From the NCBI RefSeq assembly GCF_009914755.1, contig NC_060926.1: a stretch of 64,000 bases of DNA, one strand, 5' to 3'. The translations under genes were made by a program, and so were the position numbers. Below the pieces are notes generated by a model that was given only the letters and a program-made list of their open reading frames with translations, ran no database searches and was not told where the DNA came from. Source of the DNA: the human T2T-CHM13v2.0 reference genome, Homo sapiens. Shown one piece after another: positions 26,353-41,639 of the stretch. Each line of letters starts with the position of its first letter. The first letter of the stretch is position 1.

Positions 26353-29300
26353 GAGAAAGACATAATTTAATGAAGAAGATGCTAGATCCCTTAAAGAAGG
26401 ACGTAATTATTTTCACATAATTAAGTACCTGCAAAAATAATGGTTACAGTGATTATCAAGGTTATGCAAAGTAAAACATGATAAATTTAAAATGAAAGCA
26501 AATCTAAAACATGTTCACAATATTAAACCTATTAGAGAATAATAAGATCATATTTGAAATGAGGCACCTTTGTAAATCAGGACAGATGGAATAATTTAAT
26601 CCGTGAATTACAAACATTATCTGAATTTTCTCACTTAAATAAAACATTATATTTTGTATCTTCAAAATCACAGCAAGAAACAATAGTTCTGATAGTTCTG
26701 ATGGTCTTTTATATTTGGCTAGAATTTTGAAAAATTACTCTGTTTTCAGTATGCAATTCCTGAGCCAAAATGAAAATATTATGAGCACCTTCTATGAGTC
26801 AGTAGCTGAAAATAACTTCACTACTTTTTGTATAAAGATCTGAAATAAATTTAAAAGAAATATTTATAAGTCAACTAAGACCCTTAACACAGTTAACCAA
26901 GAGAAGGAGATAGACACCTAGTGAAACTTAGTAAATATGACATAAAATAATTACAGTAAGTAACATACAACATATTTATGTTAAGTGAAAATGGGTTAAT
27001 TTGTTACATATAAAAAAAAATTTCAAATCACCCACAAAACAAAACCCAACAGTTTTCTGTATGTAAGAAACACATCTAAAACAAAGTGATTAAGAAGGAT
27101 TTAAAATAGAGAAATAGGGAATAATGTGACAAACATACACAAATATAATATAATAGAAGTCAGTTACTCATATCAGACAAGGGAGAATTCAGAAAGAAAA
27201 GCCACAAATAAGGGAGGGAAGAATGGAAAGTTTTTTGTTTGTTTATGAAGTTTTCTTCTGTAGAATGCCTCCAAAGGTCTTTATTATTCCCACCTTCATT
27301 ACTTTTGAAACCATACTAAAGATAAAGCTTTTCTCAAACTGTTCGCTAATTAGGTGAAAAAATTCAACCAAATAACACCAACAAAAACCGATAACTTGAT
27401 AAGCAGTTTCCTAAAATAACACTGTGATCCCCTGCAATGTTAATATGAACAACCAGCTGGCAGAAGATGATAAGGATGCAATAATATTTTTAATTGGTGC
27501 TTGTTCTGGATACATATTAGAATAGTTATAACACCAACTACATGAACAATTATTCCAACGTTAACAAAAAAAATTATCTTAATTCATTATAATAAGGATA
27601 AAAAGTAAAATTATATAACCACAATTAGAGGCATCCTATTTAAATGAATATTTATTCTTTAAAATTGGAGAACAGTTTCTTTTTTGTGGTTATTGCACAT
27701 AATGTAACAAATGTGTTTGCTTAAAAAATAATCTAAACTCAATGCCAGTTTCAGTTTACTAAATAGAACAGATCCAAAGTTACATGCTTGGACAGTTAGC
27801 ATTATATTTTCATAGCTGTATGATTTGATGGAAAACTGATAGAAGACTTGAGTTTTAATATTAAATCTCCCACTAATCTAATTTATAATTTTAGAAGATA
27901 ATTTCATTTTACTGAGCCCCTGTATTATTACTTATAAAATAAAAATGTTCAATTGAGTGATGTTCAATAGTAATTTCTTTTCTAATATTTTGAAGGGTTT
28001 TCACATTTTATAATATTTTATTGAAATATAAATACTCGTAATCAATCATCTTGTGTCACTTTCAAACTTTCCCTCCTTAAACTCATAATACACACATGAC
28101 ATATTTATATAAGCAAAGTATGTAAATTATATATCTATAATGAAAATAAATTTGCATAAGTTAATACTCTTACTAAATCTGAAAGACCCTATTCTGTTCT
28201 TTTCTCATTTGCTTTACTTTAAAAAATATTACCCTTGGCATAAGCTTCTCTTCTGCTGATCCTGCCCATTGCCTCCTCACAACATATTTCTCTACTTTCT
28301 CTAGCAAATCTGCCTTTCTTTATCTAAAAAAAAAAAAATTACACTTGACTCACTCAGTTAATATCACAAATTCCTAACAGTTTGAGATCCTCCGTTTAAC
28401 AAAATAACTTTCTCTTCATGAAGATCTGTAATCCCTATACTATGATTAATTTGTGGATACTGACAGATTTTATAAGCATCTGTGCTTGAAGGCTGAACAA
28501 TCACAAAATCTTCTGTAAAGTATGTAACAAAGTTATTACTACAAATTTATGATGTACATACCATTAAGTAGATAAATGAATGAGAGAAGTAGATCAATAG
28601 CAAGCCTTAACACATTTTTACTATTCTATAGCTCATGTTCTTAACATTGAACATGAAAACAGCAATTTAGAAGCTAAAAATGTGGGATGTTATCTAAAAG
28701 AGGGCAGTGTCAATTAGAAGAATCAATGCTCATAAATGAATGCCCTCCTTCCCCCACAAAAAAAGGAAGAAAGGAAGAAAAGAAAACTGGAGATACCCTA
28801 CTGTAAATACATGGGCAATGTCCATTTAAACAGTGACCCCAAAATAAATAATCAATGTGTTTACTCATTTGCTGAAGTGGCATTTATTGAATACCTACTA
28901 ATGAGTCCTTTCTACTTAATAGTAATTAGTGGGCACTGTTCTAGTTATTGAAGAATGCACTAACAAGAAAGATTAAAATCTTCTTTAAAGATTTTTCATA
29001 TTGTTGTGATGAGCCAGATAAAACAAGACAGAGAAGTACAACAATACACCAAATTTCATCTTCAGTTAAAAGGGGCACTGAATGCCTACTGACAATTCAT
29101 ATATGCAGGATTTCACCTAAATAGAGTATTTGTTAGCCAAATAATAAAAGTCTCTAAGTTTCAGAACTATTTATTGAAATATTATATTGGCGGGATCAGT
29201 GTTTCTGGAATCTCCAAGACCACCCACACCTCTGGTGATTCCTAGGACACATGGAACTCCATATAAAGTTGTATTCACTTCTAAGATTTATTACAGCATA

Positions 29301-29475
29301 AGAATACACAACAGGATCAGCAAAGGAAGGAGTCTGGAGAAATCCATACACAGTCTTAGAATGTTCTCCCCCTCCTCTTAGAAGACCACCTAGCATGCTC
29401 CTTTCATTGGCGGTGAAAAGTGCAGTAAAATGTATGCAATGTGTCTTCCACAAAGCCCATTAGACACTCAGAGCC

Positions 29476-29794
29476 TTTATTAGTTTCCTAGGGTTGCCAT
29501 AACAAATTGCTGCATGGTGGATGGTTTACACATCAAAAACTTATTTTCTCACAACTTTGGAGGCTATCAAACTGAAATTAAGGTGTTGGCAGGTTTTCCC
29601 TATGTGTACGTCTGTCCTAATCTCCCCTTGTTGTAACAACACCAGTCATATTGGATTAGAGCCCACCCTCATGACCTCATTTTAACTTAATTGCCATTTA
29701 AAAGTCCCTATCTACAAATACTGTCATATCCTGAGGTACTTGGCATTACAATTTCAACATATAAAATTTGGGGGACATAATTCATCCCATAACA
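29476..29794 (-). mobile_element. MLT1 (MaLR) solo LTR, internally deleted
   Basis: tattagtttcctagggttgccataacaaa ... gggggacataattcatcccataaca; 5-bp TSD GAGCC/GAGTC. Confidence 0.8.
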
Positions 29795-30011
29795 GAGTCA
29801 AGGGTTTTTATGGGGGCTGATCTTGTAAGCACGTGCTTCTAGCACATATCAAAATACCAAACTCCTAGAAAGAAGGCAGGCATTCAGCATAAACCGCATT
29901 GTTTTCACAAACCATACAGGGACAATGAACTAGTGTTATCAGTTTGTGAATGGTTTGATTGCCAAATTCCCAGGTGCCAGCCAAGTGTGAACCCTGCAAG
30001 TAGGTTTTTCT

Positions 30012-30491
30012 TTTTCTTCTTCTTATTATTATACATTAAGTTCTGGGATACATGTGCAGAACGTGCAGGTTTGTTACATAGGTATACATGTGCCATGGTG
30101 GTTTGCTGCACATATCAACCTGTCATCTAGGTTTTAAGCCTTGCATGCATTAGGTATTTGTCCTAATGCTCTCCCTCCCCTTGCCCCCAACCTCTGACAA
30201 GCCCCAGTGTGTGATGCTCCCCTCCCTGTGTCCATGTGTTCTCATTGTTCAACTCCCGCTTATGAGTGAGAACATGCGGTGTTTGGTTTTCTGTTACTGT
30301 GTTAGTTTGCTGAGACACATACACACGTATGTTTGTTGCAGCACTATTTACAATAGCAAAGACTTGCAACCAACCCAAATTCCCATCAATGATAGACTGG
30401 ATAAGGAAAATGTGGCACATATACACCATGGAATGCTATGCAGCCATAAAAAAGAATGATTTCATGTCCTTTGTAGGGACATGGATGCAGC
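30012..30491 (-). mobile_element. L1PA (about PA8 age) 3' end with 5' inversion
   Basis: Antisense 30012-~30314, sense ~30315-30491; TSD GCAAGTAGGTTTTTCT at 29996-30011 and 30490-30505. Confidence 0.92.
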
Positions 30492-30785
30492 AAGTAGGTT
30501 TTTCTGAAAAATAGTGGTGTCCGGCCTACTGGGTTAAATCTCTTGTGCATAGTTAAGCTGACAAGTACAAACTTGTTTTCAATTTGTGGTACATTTTTAT
30601 ACCAAATATTATATATAATATATATATAATGTGTATTGTGATTTTTAAACTTTGTTTGATTTGTAAAAGATTCAAAAACTATAAAATTTTACAGTTGAGT
30701 CCATAATAAGTAACGTGGTCCATTTTACTCACTACTTTTGGCCTTTTTACTCATCACCTAAACCTATATTTTTAAAAATAACTGA

Positions 30786-31094
<309 letters not shown>

Positions 31095-33187
31095 TTATCT
31101 ATGGACTTTGCTTAAAGGTGACAAAGTACAAGTTTCTTTAATAAAAAATGGAGAGTAAAAATTGGGGGAAAGGAGAGAGGAATCTCTGTTATCTCTGAAA
31201 CAAAAGAAAATTATATATAGAGAAAAAATCGTTTTAGCCATTAGGTGAGACCACAATCTATGAAAAGGGTCTATCTAGTATAGAAAGAGAACACTAATTG
31301 CAGGCATATAGCTTCTCAGATGTCCATTTCCGGGAGGATAAATTATTGTAACTGCTTTGAGGAAAGCATGGCAATACCTCTAAGGAAAAAAACCAGTAGA
31401 AATGGGTATACCTTTTAATCCAGCAATCTATCTAAAAGGATGCTTATTGTAGAATATTTGTAATGTAAAAAATTGAACATTCATAAATAGAAGACTAGCT
31501 GAATAAATTTTGGTAATTACAGCATTAAATACCACATCCATATGGTTAAAAACTAAATTAAATCCTAGTGTGCTTACATGTAATGATCTTCAAAATACAT
31601 TGCTCAGTTAAAAATGTACCAAGTGGAACTCTGAAAACTTAATATTTTATAAGATATTTTTGCATGTGTAAAATAATACACAAACTAATGTTTTTGCTTC
31701 TGGGTTGAGAGTATCAGAATCTAGAATGAAAGAGTGAATTATTTTTCTTTTTACTGTGTAGATTTTTGCCCACATGTGTATTATTTTACTAATATAGAAT
31801 GTGCCTTTTGTGCCCCCAAGGGCTACTAAAATGATTAAACCAACTGATAGAACGATGAAGTTTAAGAAAAGCTATCATACAAATCAATACTTCTTGGAAT
31901 TTAAAATAACAGAAAGGATCAGACTGATAATTCAGACTTATGCACTCAGAGATCTTATCCAGTATCAAGTTTTACTAACAATTTCAAAGTCACATGGAAT
32001 CATGAGGCACAGGTAAGGAAAGGTGAGGTCAGAATGTCTGTGTTTATTTCAGTTCTCTAAGTCCTATCACACAATATCAAAGACATTTCTGGCCCAAGTG
32101 AACAGATAAGCTTTCTATGAGGTATGCAGGCACCTCACTTTCATGAAAGGAGACAGATATTTTCTACAGAAAGAGTTACATATATAATATAACATTTTCC
32201 AAGGAGCCATTATGCGTAAGTCCATATACTTCTGTTTGCTTACTATAAATAATTCTAGACAATTAAGCACATTCTACTAAAACTTCACATAGGAAAAGAC
32301 TCTTTTGTTAGCAGAAGACCTTTATTGTTATTGTTGTTGTTTTACTGGGAGATTTATCATTAGTATGTTTATAAGAGGATTAGTTCAACTCACTTGCTTT
32401 CTTTATATTCCAGGAGCAGCTCAGGGAAGGGAGAGAATGTATTGCAGAAATGCAACTTAACTTTTTCCTTTCCAGATGGCATGGGTGAGTTTCACAGACA
32501 TGCTGAAAATATAATTACATGATATAATCAAATATATTTACACTAGAATTTACACTAGAATAAGAAATTAGTAATTAGTATTTCATATACAATGTAGTTT
32601 ATGTAATTCTTTGTTCATCACAGAAGATTGCTAAAATAGATGAAAATAATGATAAATTTTGATAATAAATTGGCAAATGGAATCAGTGGATTATTGAAGT
32701 GCATAAAATAGTTTAATGATTATATCTTTAACATGTGATATAGAATCAAGAAAAGAAATTGTTATATCAACCCTTTCATAACTTGCCCCTCATGCCTCTG
32801 CCAGGCTTTGTCAGGGTCATCGTGCAGAGTATGGATGATGAAGCTCTGCCCATGTGATGGTTTTAACGTTGGTTTTCTGTTATTTTTTATAATTATATGC
32901 TGGTGAAATCCAACATGAGAAGCAAACATATACATAGTTTTCAAGATTTAAGGTGTAAGAAATAATTTTACTTTAAAAAATCATGAGGAGAAAGGAGAAC
33001 TGTTTGTTGGTTAAGAACGATCCCTTGTAACACAGCCCATTTCAAAGCTTTATGATAACAGGCAAATTATTTAATTTCTTCCAACCCAAAGTTCCTCTTT
33101 GAAAAATAGAGATTGTAATAACTGTCTCACAGTGTTAATGAAAGGATCACATACTTTGTCAGCTGACTGCAACAATGAATGATACAT

Positions 33188-33760
33188 TGTAAAGATAGTT
33201 ATCCCTTGCTATAAAATGAATTGTTCTAAAACCTAGCCACTCAAAACAGCAAACATTTAGTATCTCACAGTTTTTGCATCTCAGGAGTCTGGGCATAGCC
33301 TAGCTGTGTGCATCTGGCTCAAAGTGTCTTACAAGGCTGTGAACAAACTGTTGGCCAGGGCTGAGGTCTCATCTGAAGGCTGAACTAAGAGAGGATTTGA
33401 TTCCTAGCCCCATCACATGAAGGTAGGCAGAATTCACTTCCTCAAAGGCTGCTGGACAAAGGACTCATGTTCATCCCTGGTTGTAGGCTAGAGGCCTGTC
33501 CCAGTTCCTTGCCATATGGACTTCTCCTTAGATAGCTTATAACCTGGCAGCTGGCTTCATTTATAGTAAGTAAATGAGAGAGTAGAATAAGGTGGGCAAG
33601 ATGAAAGCAACATTTTGAAAGTCATCACCTTTGCCATATTATATTTGTTAGAAGCTAGTCACTAGGTCCAGTTCCCTTTTAAATGTTTGAGGTTACATAA
33701 GAGTATAAATATCACAAGGCAGGGATAATTTGAAACCGCTTTAAAGGCTTCTTAACTACA
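33188..33760 (-). mobile_element. MLT1 (F-like) MaLR LTR
   Basis: Motifs atctcacagttt..caggagtctgggcatagcctagctg and gggctgaggtctcatctgaaggc. Confidence 0.75.
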
Positions 33761-35090
33761 GTAGACTTATTGAGGAATAAGTGGGAGATATTATTATTTG
33801 TATTAACATAGTTTTACTGGAAATTGATTATATAACAGTAAATTGCTTACTCTTCACTTATATATAAAGTTAATAAGCAGGAAGACTTGTTTTATAATAA
33901 TTTTGGATATGTGACAAATTTTAAAAACAAACTGCAGCCATTTGATTAATAAAACAAAAATACTCATTTTGCTGGATAATATTTTCTAGCTATTTTTCAA
34001 ACTTTTTCCCCCAAACACCTAACATATGTAACAGTGGCTGAGATTGTAAGAGCAATTTATTCCAATAATTAAAATGAAAAAAAGCTATAAAAAACAGAAA
34101 GTCCAGCCCCTCAATGTCTTTCTGTGATTTTAAGCTAGATAACATGGTACAATGATCAGGACTACATAGAGATGGGGCAGACTGATCACTATAAATCATT
34201 GTCTGTATTGATGCTGCCCAATCAATGATATCATAAGATATGATAATTTTAGAGATGAGAAAAAAAGCAAAGAGTTGAAATAAATAGGGTTTAAACACGG
34301 GCAATCTTACACCTGAGTCTGTGCTATTAAAATTGCACTATATATTCTTAATGTCTCTTACTACCAAGAAATTTTCTCCACTTATGATGTGGTATATGTC
34401 TCATTACCTTACATTTTAAGCTTAAACTAAAAATGTATTTAGCATGACTTTATTTTATATTTCACTTGTGTGTGTGTGTGTGTATGTGTGTGCATAGAGA
34501 GACAGAAGAGACAGAGAGAGAGAGAATAGATGAGTAAGTTTTCCAACCAATATTTAATCTGGGCCCTTTATTTAAGGTCTGAACTATTTAACAGGTCAGA
34601 AATCTGTGTTAAGTATCAGTTTTTCAACACCACTAAGATAAATATATTACAAAGCAATGCAAAGTATAATGCAAAGTACTTTAAAGACTGAGATGTTGGC
34701 AAAGATATATACCTCATATTATCAAAAGGTACTGTGTGGTTCCTAACTATATTTTTAATGTAAGTTTTCATTTTCTCTTTCTTAACAGTGATAATTATTT
34801 GAAAAATACATAAAACATCATCAAAGAAGTTATTTTCCAAAAATAAAAAAAAAATAAGTACTCTTAGTGAATCAATTAAACGAGGCTTGGTGGTTTCATT
34901 CCATCTGCTCTTCTGCAGATTCTGGAATCCTTTAGAAACTGACATACATCATGAAGATTCTGATATCTATATTTTTGTTGTTACTAGACAGACTCTTGAG
35001 CCCTCTGTCAAATTGATATCCTTAACAAAGTATTTAATGACATGCCAATATACCAGTCTTACCTCATCAGCAAGATGTTCTCTCACCCTT

Positions 35091-35533
35091 TGTCCTTAGT
35101 TAAATGGGTACTCATAAAATTCATGTCCACTCAGAACCTCAAAATGTGAAGTTATTTGGAAATAGACTATTTACATATGTAATCTGGCCAAAATAAGGCC
35201 ATATTGGATTAATATGAGCTCTAATCCTATGATTGGTATCCCTGTAAGAGATGATAAATGTGGACACATGGACACACACACAGAGAAGCAGCCATGTGAA
35301 GACAGAAGCGGAGATTGGAGTGATATAAGAAATGCCAAGGATTGCCAGCAATCACCAAAAGCAGGGAAGAAATAAGAAAAGATTCTTCAAGAGAGCCTTC
35401 AGAGAGACCATGGCCTTGTCAATACCTGGATTTTGGACTTCTAATCTCCAGAACTGTGAGGGAATAAATTTCAGTTATTTTCAGATACCCAGCTTGTGGT
35501 ACTTTGTTACAGGAGCTCTAAGAAACTCATACA
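35091..35533 (+). mobile_element. MLT1 (C-like) MaLR LTR
   Basis: aaattcatgtccactcagaacctcaaaatgtga ... gtggtactttgttacaggagctctaagaaactcataca. Confidence 0.8.
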
Positions 35534-36459
35534 CTCTTCTAATGTGGTGTTTACCTTTCTGTGTGGAATTTATGTTAATATGCCCTTTACTATATCTGCA
35601 TATACCAACTTGATAGCATTGAACCTTAATCTAGTTAACATTCAGCCTTAATTACTATAGATTTATATATCTATTCTTCTTTTCCTGTTTATTTCTCAGG
35701 CTTTTTTTAGATTTCACATTGTAATCATTACTGTACATTTCTGGAAAAAATCCTTTAAAATCTTTGAAACTTTCTGTCATTTTAGAATGTTAATGTCAAT
35801 TCCTCAAGTTTCTTAGTTTCAGTCTATTGTATTATGAGTAATTCTATTACATTACAATATACTAGCTACTTTTACTAGCAATTTTAGATATGCTTTATGG
35901 GCAGGCTACCTTTTTAACTGTTAAATGAATTATGATCACTGCAATGTATTATCAAAACATTTTATTATGTCTACTTTCTGATGAATTTATTAATATTAAT
36001 TATTTTAAACTATCAGATTAAATTATTGAAGCTGGACAATATAAGATAAAGTAGACAAGACAAGTAATTTTCAACAAAAGTTTACTTTTTATTTTTAATT
36101 TAAAAATACCTTGCTTAGAAAAAAAGAGATAAGGTTATTGTGAGATATCAGTCAACCAAATATTAATTAAAAGGTGGCATTATTAAGAATATATGTCAAA
36201 TATTAGATGAAAGCAAAAATAATCAAATGAACTCTTACATATTCAAGAAATTAAGGAAGTATATATAACTACATACAAATTAAAATAAATAGAAAAGTTT
36301 ATGGCTAGATTGAATCCACGTAAGAGTTCATTAATTAACTATTGTGTTTTAAAGAGTATAACTTAAATTGGAATGCTTTTTCTAAACTAAAACGATCATT
36401 TCTATTTTTTAGATTCAGAAATTAGCTCAGCTTAATGAAATAGACAAAAAATGGGGATC

Positions 36460-36854
36460 TGTGATGTTTAATTCTACATATCATTGTGGCTGAGATCCAG
36501 CACCCAGATATTTGGTCTAACATTTGGAATGTTTCTACGAGGGTGTTTTCTGGATGAGATTAACGTTTAAAACAGTGGGCATTGAGTCAAGTAGATTGCC
36601 CTCCATAATATGAGTGGGTCTCATCCAATCAGTTGCAGGGCTTAACATAACAAGTACTAATTTCCCCCAACCAAGAAATTCTGCCAACAGACTGCCTTTG
36701 GATTCAAACAGCAACTCTTTCTCAGCTTGCTGGGCTACTGGCATATGTAGATAGCTCTCTGTATATATATAGAGGAAGATACACACACACACTAACACAC
36801 ATAAACACATATCCCCTGTTGGTTCTGTTTTGCTTGAAAATCCTGACCAACACA
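36460..36854 (+). mobile_element. MLT2 (ERV-L) solo LTR
   Basis: TG...CA termini with a perfect 5-bp TSD GGATC at 36455-36459 and 36855-36859. Confidence 0.88.
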
Positions 36855-39439
36855 GGATCCTAAAGATCTTGTATTTTATTTCTCAATTTGACATAAGGAG
36901 GTGGTAAAACCCAAACATTTAAATATTCTGCTTATATAGTTACATTAAGAAATGATAAATAAAAATGAAGAAAACCTGCGAGTATAGTGATTATTATATA
37001 AGCTAGGGCTTTGGGTTGCAAATAATAGAAAACCAGCCTGGCTAACCTAGACAGAAAAGATTTGAGAAAGCTCAGAGAATATGTAAGAAAGTCTGAAATA
37101 ATCCAAGTTGAGGAAAATGGAAACACAATATAAAACCACAGATGTCATTGGATTAAAATATTGTTGCTTGTGCTGTGACCAGACATTAACCCTGACTTCA
37201 TGGTCCTTAGCCTACAAGAATCTTTGAATTAATTCCTTTTCAGAATACAAAGTCACATGCCCTTGACCCTCCTCCAAGGCATGCCAAATGAAAATATGTG
37301 ACCCGTCTTAATTTCAGTAAAAAGTGGGATTGAACATCTACCAACATTCATATATGCGGGATTTTCCCCAAATAAAGTAATTGTTGTCTAAAGAATTAAA
37401 AACTCTACATCGATTATCACAAGTAAAATTGAGTTGTATTTCCTCTTAAGACAGAGTAACATGGAGAAGATATGCCCTGAAACAGCTAAAAAATAAACAG
37501 AATATAGGAAGCAACAATTTTCAAGACACTAGATCAGGGAATGGTCAATGATTTCTGAAAAACAATAAACAAAAGAGGCGAGGCATATTGATAAAACTTG
37601 AAAGAACTTTCAAACCACAGCAGAGGGAAGGAGAATCCAGATGGATCCCATCTGACTCCCTGAGTTCAGAAGACAGAACCCAGAGCCCAGGAAGGCAGAT
37701 AGAGCTAGAGCATGCAAAAGAAAAGTAGAAAGAGGACAGCTGCATGGAACGAGAACTTTCAAGATGTGCAGAGAATTATCTTTGAGTATTTCCTGCATAT
37801 TTGTCAGAATACTGTGAGAAAACTACCATATGCCATGGAAAATATTCACTCAAAAGAGATAGTGCTGGGCTTTCACAAACAGCTGTAAACATTACCTGTT
37901 CCCACCAGCGAGGTTGGAAAAGTTTCTGATGGATGAGTCACTGGGTAGAGTTTGGAGAATAAAGCAATAATTAACCCTAAATTGAGGTGTCTTCTGATCT
38001 TCTCTAATAGATCTCAAAAGTAAGACTCAGAAGGAGAAAATTTTATCCTATAACTTTAGAAGGAGCTGATTCCAGCTATTAGTCTTCAAGTCTGCCAGCT
38101 GAAGTTCCAAACATCATAGAACAGAGACCAACTGTCTCCTCTGTGCCTCATCTGAATCTCCAAACCCAAAGAGAAACCACTAGACACAATAAGCAATTAA
38201 TGTTGCTTTAAGCCTAAGGTTTTGGATAAATTGCTTTTTCATACATAGATTATTAACCCAACTTGTTTTTTAGTTCATAGGTCTTTGAATTCATACAGGC
38301 AGTATTCAAATAGCTGTACATGGACATAATTATAGATTACAAAACACTAAATTTTTAAGCCTAATCACATTACTGAATGAGACTCTTGGTAGTCTTAGGA
38401 GAGGTAAGTGTGTTTTGAATATAGAAGGAATGTGAATCATTTGACTAGAGAGTGATCTTTGGCAGATTTCTGAGGCAATGAGCCCTATGGATGGGAGCCT
38501 TAGTGTATCTGTATCTTTATGTAGTTAGTTTCCTTCCATGCCAGACAATAACAAATGTGATGCGAGCAAATACTTGAGAAGCACATGAGCACATTAATGT
38601 TTACTCCCTCTTGATGCTGGAAGTCTTGAGACTAAAATGTAAAACCATATTGCCTAACCTCCTGGAGAATGAAAAAGAATACATATAGACAATGATCCAG
38701 CCATCTCAATCATTCTAGTTTATTTGTTTGTTTTTGTCTGAGAGCCCAGACATGTGAGTGAAGCCATCCTAGATGATCTAGCCCTAGCTAAGCAAGTGCA
38801 AACCAAGACAACACCAGCAAACCCAGAGAACTGTGAGGAGTAATAAATCATTGTTTAAAGTCACTAAATTTTGGAAATGGTTTGTTATGTAGAAAAGGAC
38901 AATAAATAAAGTCTCCGAAAAGACCCCAATGTTCATAAAACTTCAGACACATACTCCTCTAACTTTTCCGAGAATACAACAAATTCTCCTTTACATATAA
39001 ATGTCATAGATATTTTATCTACACTGTAGACTTCTTCTTTTCCATTTGCTTTCCTTATAAATAGAACTCACCTATTTGATGTGGATTTTTCTTTTTTTTT
39101 TTGAGAATTCATTTTTTCTGGCTTACCTATTTCCTCTGGAAATTCAAGCTTGTCATCCACCACTGTCAGCTTCTCACAGCAATGATTCCCTCCAACTCTG
39201 TTCTTTTAAAAGTAGGTGAGATGAGGAAGAGCTCAAAGTTTTGAAAATTTTCTTCTTAAATTTTTCTCAAATCCATTCTCTGCTTGTCTACAAATCATGA
39301 AGTTTCCCAGATCTTTATTCTCACCCCCACAAATCCACCTTCCAAATTGTTGCCAGGGTGTTCTTCTAGAATAAGAATTAGCTTAAAATTTTTCAGCGGG
39401 TTCTCATTCATGTCTGACTAGATCAGGAAACAAAATTTT

Positions 39440-40960
39440 ACTTAGTGCTCACTAAGTGCTTGCTCAGCACTATGCTAGGTGCTGTGCATACAAGTCGAAT
39501 AAACCAACCCCTGCTCTAAAAGAATTTACATTCTAGTAAAGGGAGACTGACAGGTAAACAGATATTCTTGCTGTAATGTGAAAAAGTTAAGATGGAGGAA
39601 AGCACAAAGGGAGAGAATTTGTCAAAAGCTTAGAAAGACAGAAAGACTTCCCAGAGGTGTAACACTTGAATTGTTTTAAAGGCTGATTGAAATTAGCCAA
39701 GCAGTGAATTGAAAGGGGCTGTCAGGCAGAGGGGACAGCATAAACAAAGATGCAGAATCACGCATGAATAAGCAGGCCCCATGTAGAGAACTAACCACAA
39801 ACAGTTTGGTGTCATTTGAGGTTCAATTCTGAGAGGTGGTACAGGGGAGTTATGTCTCAGAGATGGACAAAAACAGGGCTGTGAGAGGTAGTATAATAGT
39901 ACCCCAAAGATGTCTATGTCCTCATTTTCAAGACTGAGTATGTGAATATTTCATAGCAAAGAGGAATTAAGATTGCTAATGGAATTAAGGTTGCTAATCA
40001 GCTGATCTTAAGATAGATAAATTAGCATGGATAACCTAGATGGGCCCAATGTAATCACAATGATTCTTTAATTGTAGAAGAGAAGGAGCAGAGGTCTGAG
40101 TCAGAGAGAGGTTTGAAGATGTTACATTGCCAGATTTAACGTGTGAGGAAGAGGCAACTTCTAGAAGCTGGAAAGGGCAAGAACATAGGTTGTGATCTAG
40201 AGCTTCCAGAAAGAACACAGCACTTCCAATACACTGGTTTCTGCCCAGTGAGATTCTCTTTGGATTACTAACCTCCATCACTGTAAGGTAATATATTTGT
40301 GGTAATTTAAGCCACTAAGTTTGTGGTGATTTGCTGGCAATAAGAAACTGATACAGAGACCAAGTAACAGAGGCCATTACACACTTTGTGCTGAGGGCAG
40401 TTGGGAGTTTAAAGTGAGGAAGAGAAATGGTCAGTTTGCCATCAAAGATCAAATTGATACAAGATGGATTTTTGGGGTAGATGGTGGCAGGGAGATGTTA
40501 TAAGGCTGTGGCAATGGTGCAAACAAACAAACAAACAAAAAATGATTAGCGGCTTAACCGGGAGAGTAAAGTAGGAGTAGATAGAATCGGGCAAATTAAT
40601 TTTAGTGATAAAATTAGTGGGACTTGGGGACCAACTAAACATGGGAGATAAGGGGAAAAAGAAGTATCTAGAAGCATTCCTTAGTTTCTGGCTTGGGTAG
40701 ACTTTGGTATTGTCACTGAGATAGGAAATGCAGGAAGAAGCCTTTGTTTTTTTTTCCTGTTTTGGTGAAAGTTGTGTGTTGAGATTTGAGTAGATTGAAT
40801 TTAAGACAATTGTGGGATATCCATATGGAAGCTGGCAATAGACTATATCCCAAGCTTAGATTTCAAATTTAAGAGTCCTAAGCACATGTGTGGAATTACA
40901 ACAAAGAGAGCAGAGTGCACTGATTAAGAAAACAGCCTCAGGAGCCACCATTTAACAGCA
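39440..40960 (-). mobile_element. L2 fragments flanking the MLT1D
   Basis: gcactatgctaggtgctg..ttacattctagt..gggagactgaca and downstream purine-rich L2-like sequence. Confidence 0.6.
39880..40354 (+). mobile_element. MLT1D-like LTR inserted into an L2
   Basis: ggaattaaggttgctaatcagctga, gggcccaatgtaatcaca, terminal agaaactgataca. Confidence 0.8.
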
Positions 40961-41639
40961 ATTGTCAGTCTTCCTCAATCTTTGAAAAATAAAGAGTAAT
41001 TATTGATAAGGCTACTAAAATAAATAAATGTTTAAAAGGGTGTTTGGCACAGTATATGGAAGTTAGTAGATTCTGAAGAAATGGTAACTGTTATTACTAG
41101 TCGGGCCAGAAATAAAAGAGAACAGCAGTGGACCAAAGAAAGTATGAAGTTAAGTCTAAACAACAGGTGGGTTAGACACATACTGTCTCTGCCCTCAGAA
41201 TACTCCCAGTCTAGTTAGCTTCTTACAGTCAGGGGCCATATTTTACTCACGGCTGTGTCCTGCCCAGTGCTTAGCTCAATGACTGGCCCAGAAGCGTCAA
41301 GCACTTTATAAATTTCGGCTGGATGGTTGAGGAGAAAGAGGGAAATAGGATCAAGCTGCAGGAGCAGAGAGGAGGCAGTGGGAGAGTGGTAAAGGGCGCT
41401 AGAAAGGAGAAGGAAACCTAGGGGACAGAAGAGGCAGGAGGAAGGCAATGAGCCCCTTAGGAAGCCAACGCGTCTGCCTTGTGGACCTGGTGTGGGAAGA
41501 AGCTGTGGGAGCCTGGGGATGGGGTGTGGTCTATATGGGGGAAGATGTAGAATGGGCAAAAACAATCACTCGGGAATTTTTATTGAACGGAACAGGGCTC
41601 CTTGGAAGCCAGGGGAAATTAACCAGTTACCCACCAACA

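Larger units (their letters stand above)
29187..30551 (-). mobile_element. MER21-type LTR split by MLT1 and L1 insertions
   Basis: MER21-like motifs continue across both inserts (gacactcagag|...agggtttttatgggggctg; ccagccaagtgtgaaccctgcaagtagg|...cctactgggttaaatctcttgtgca). Confidence 0.7.
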
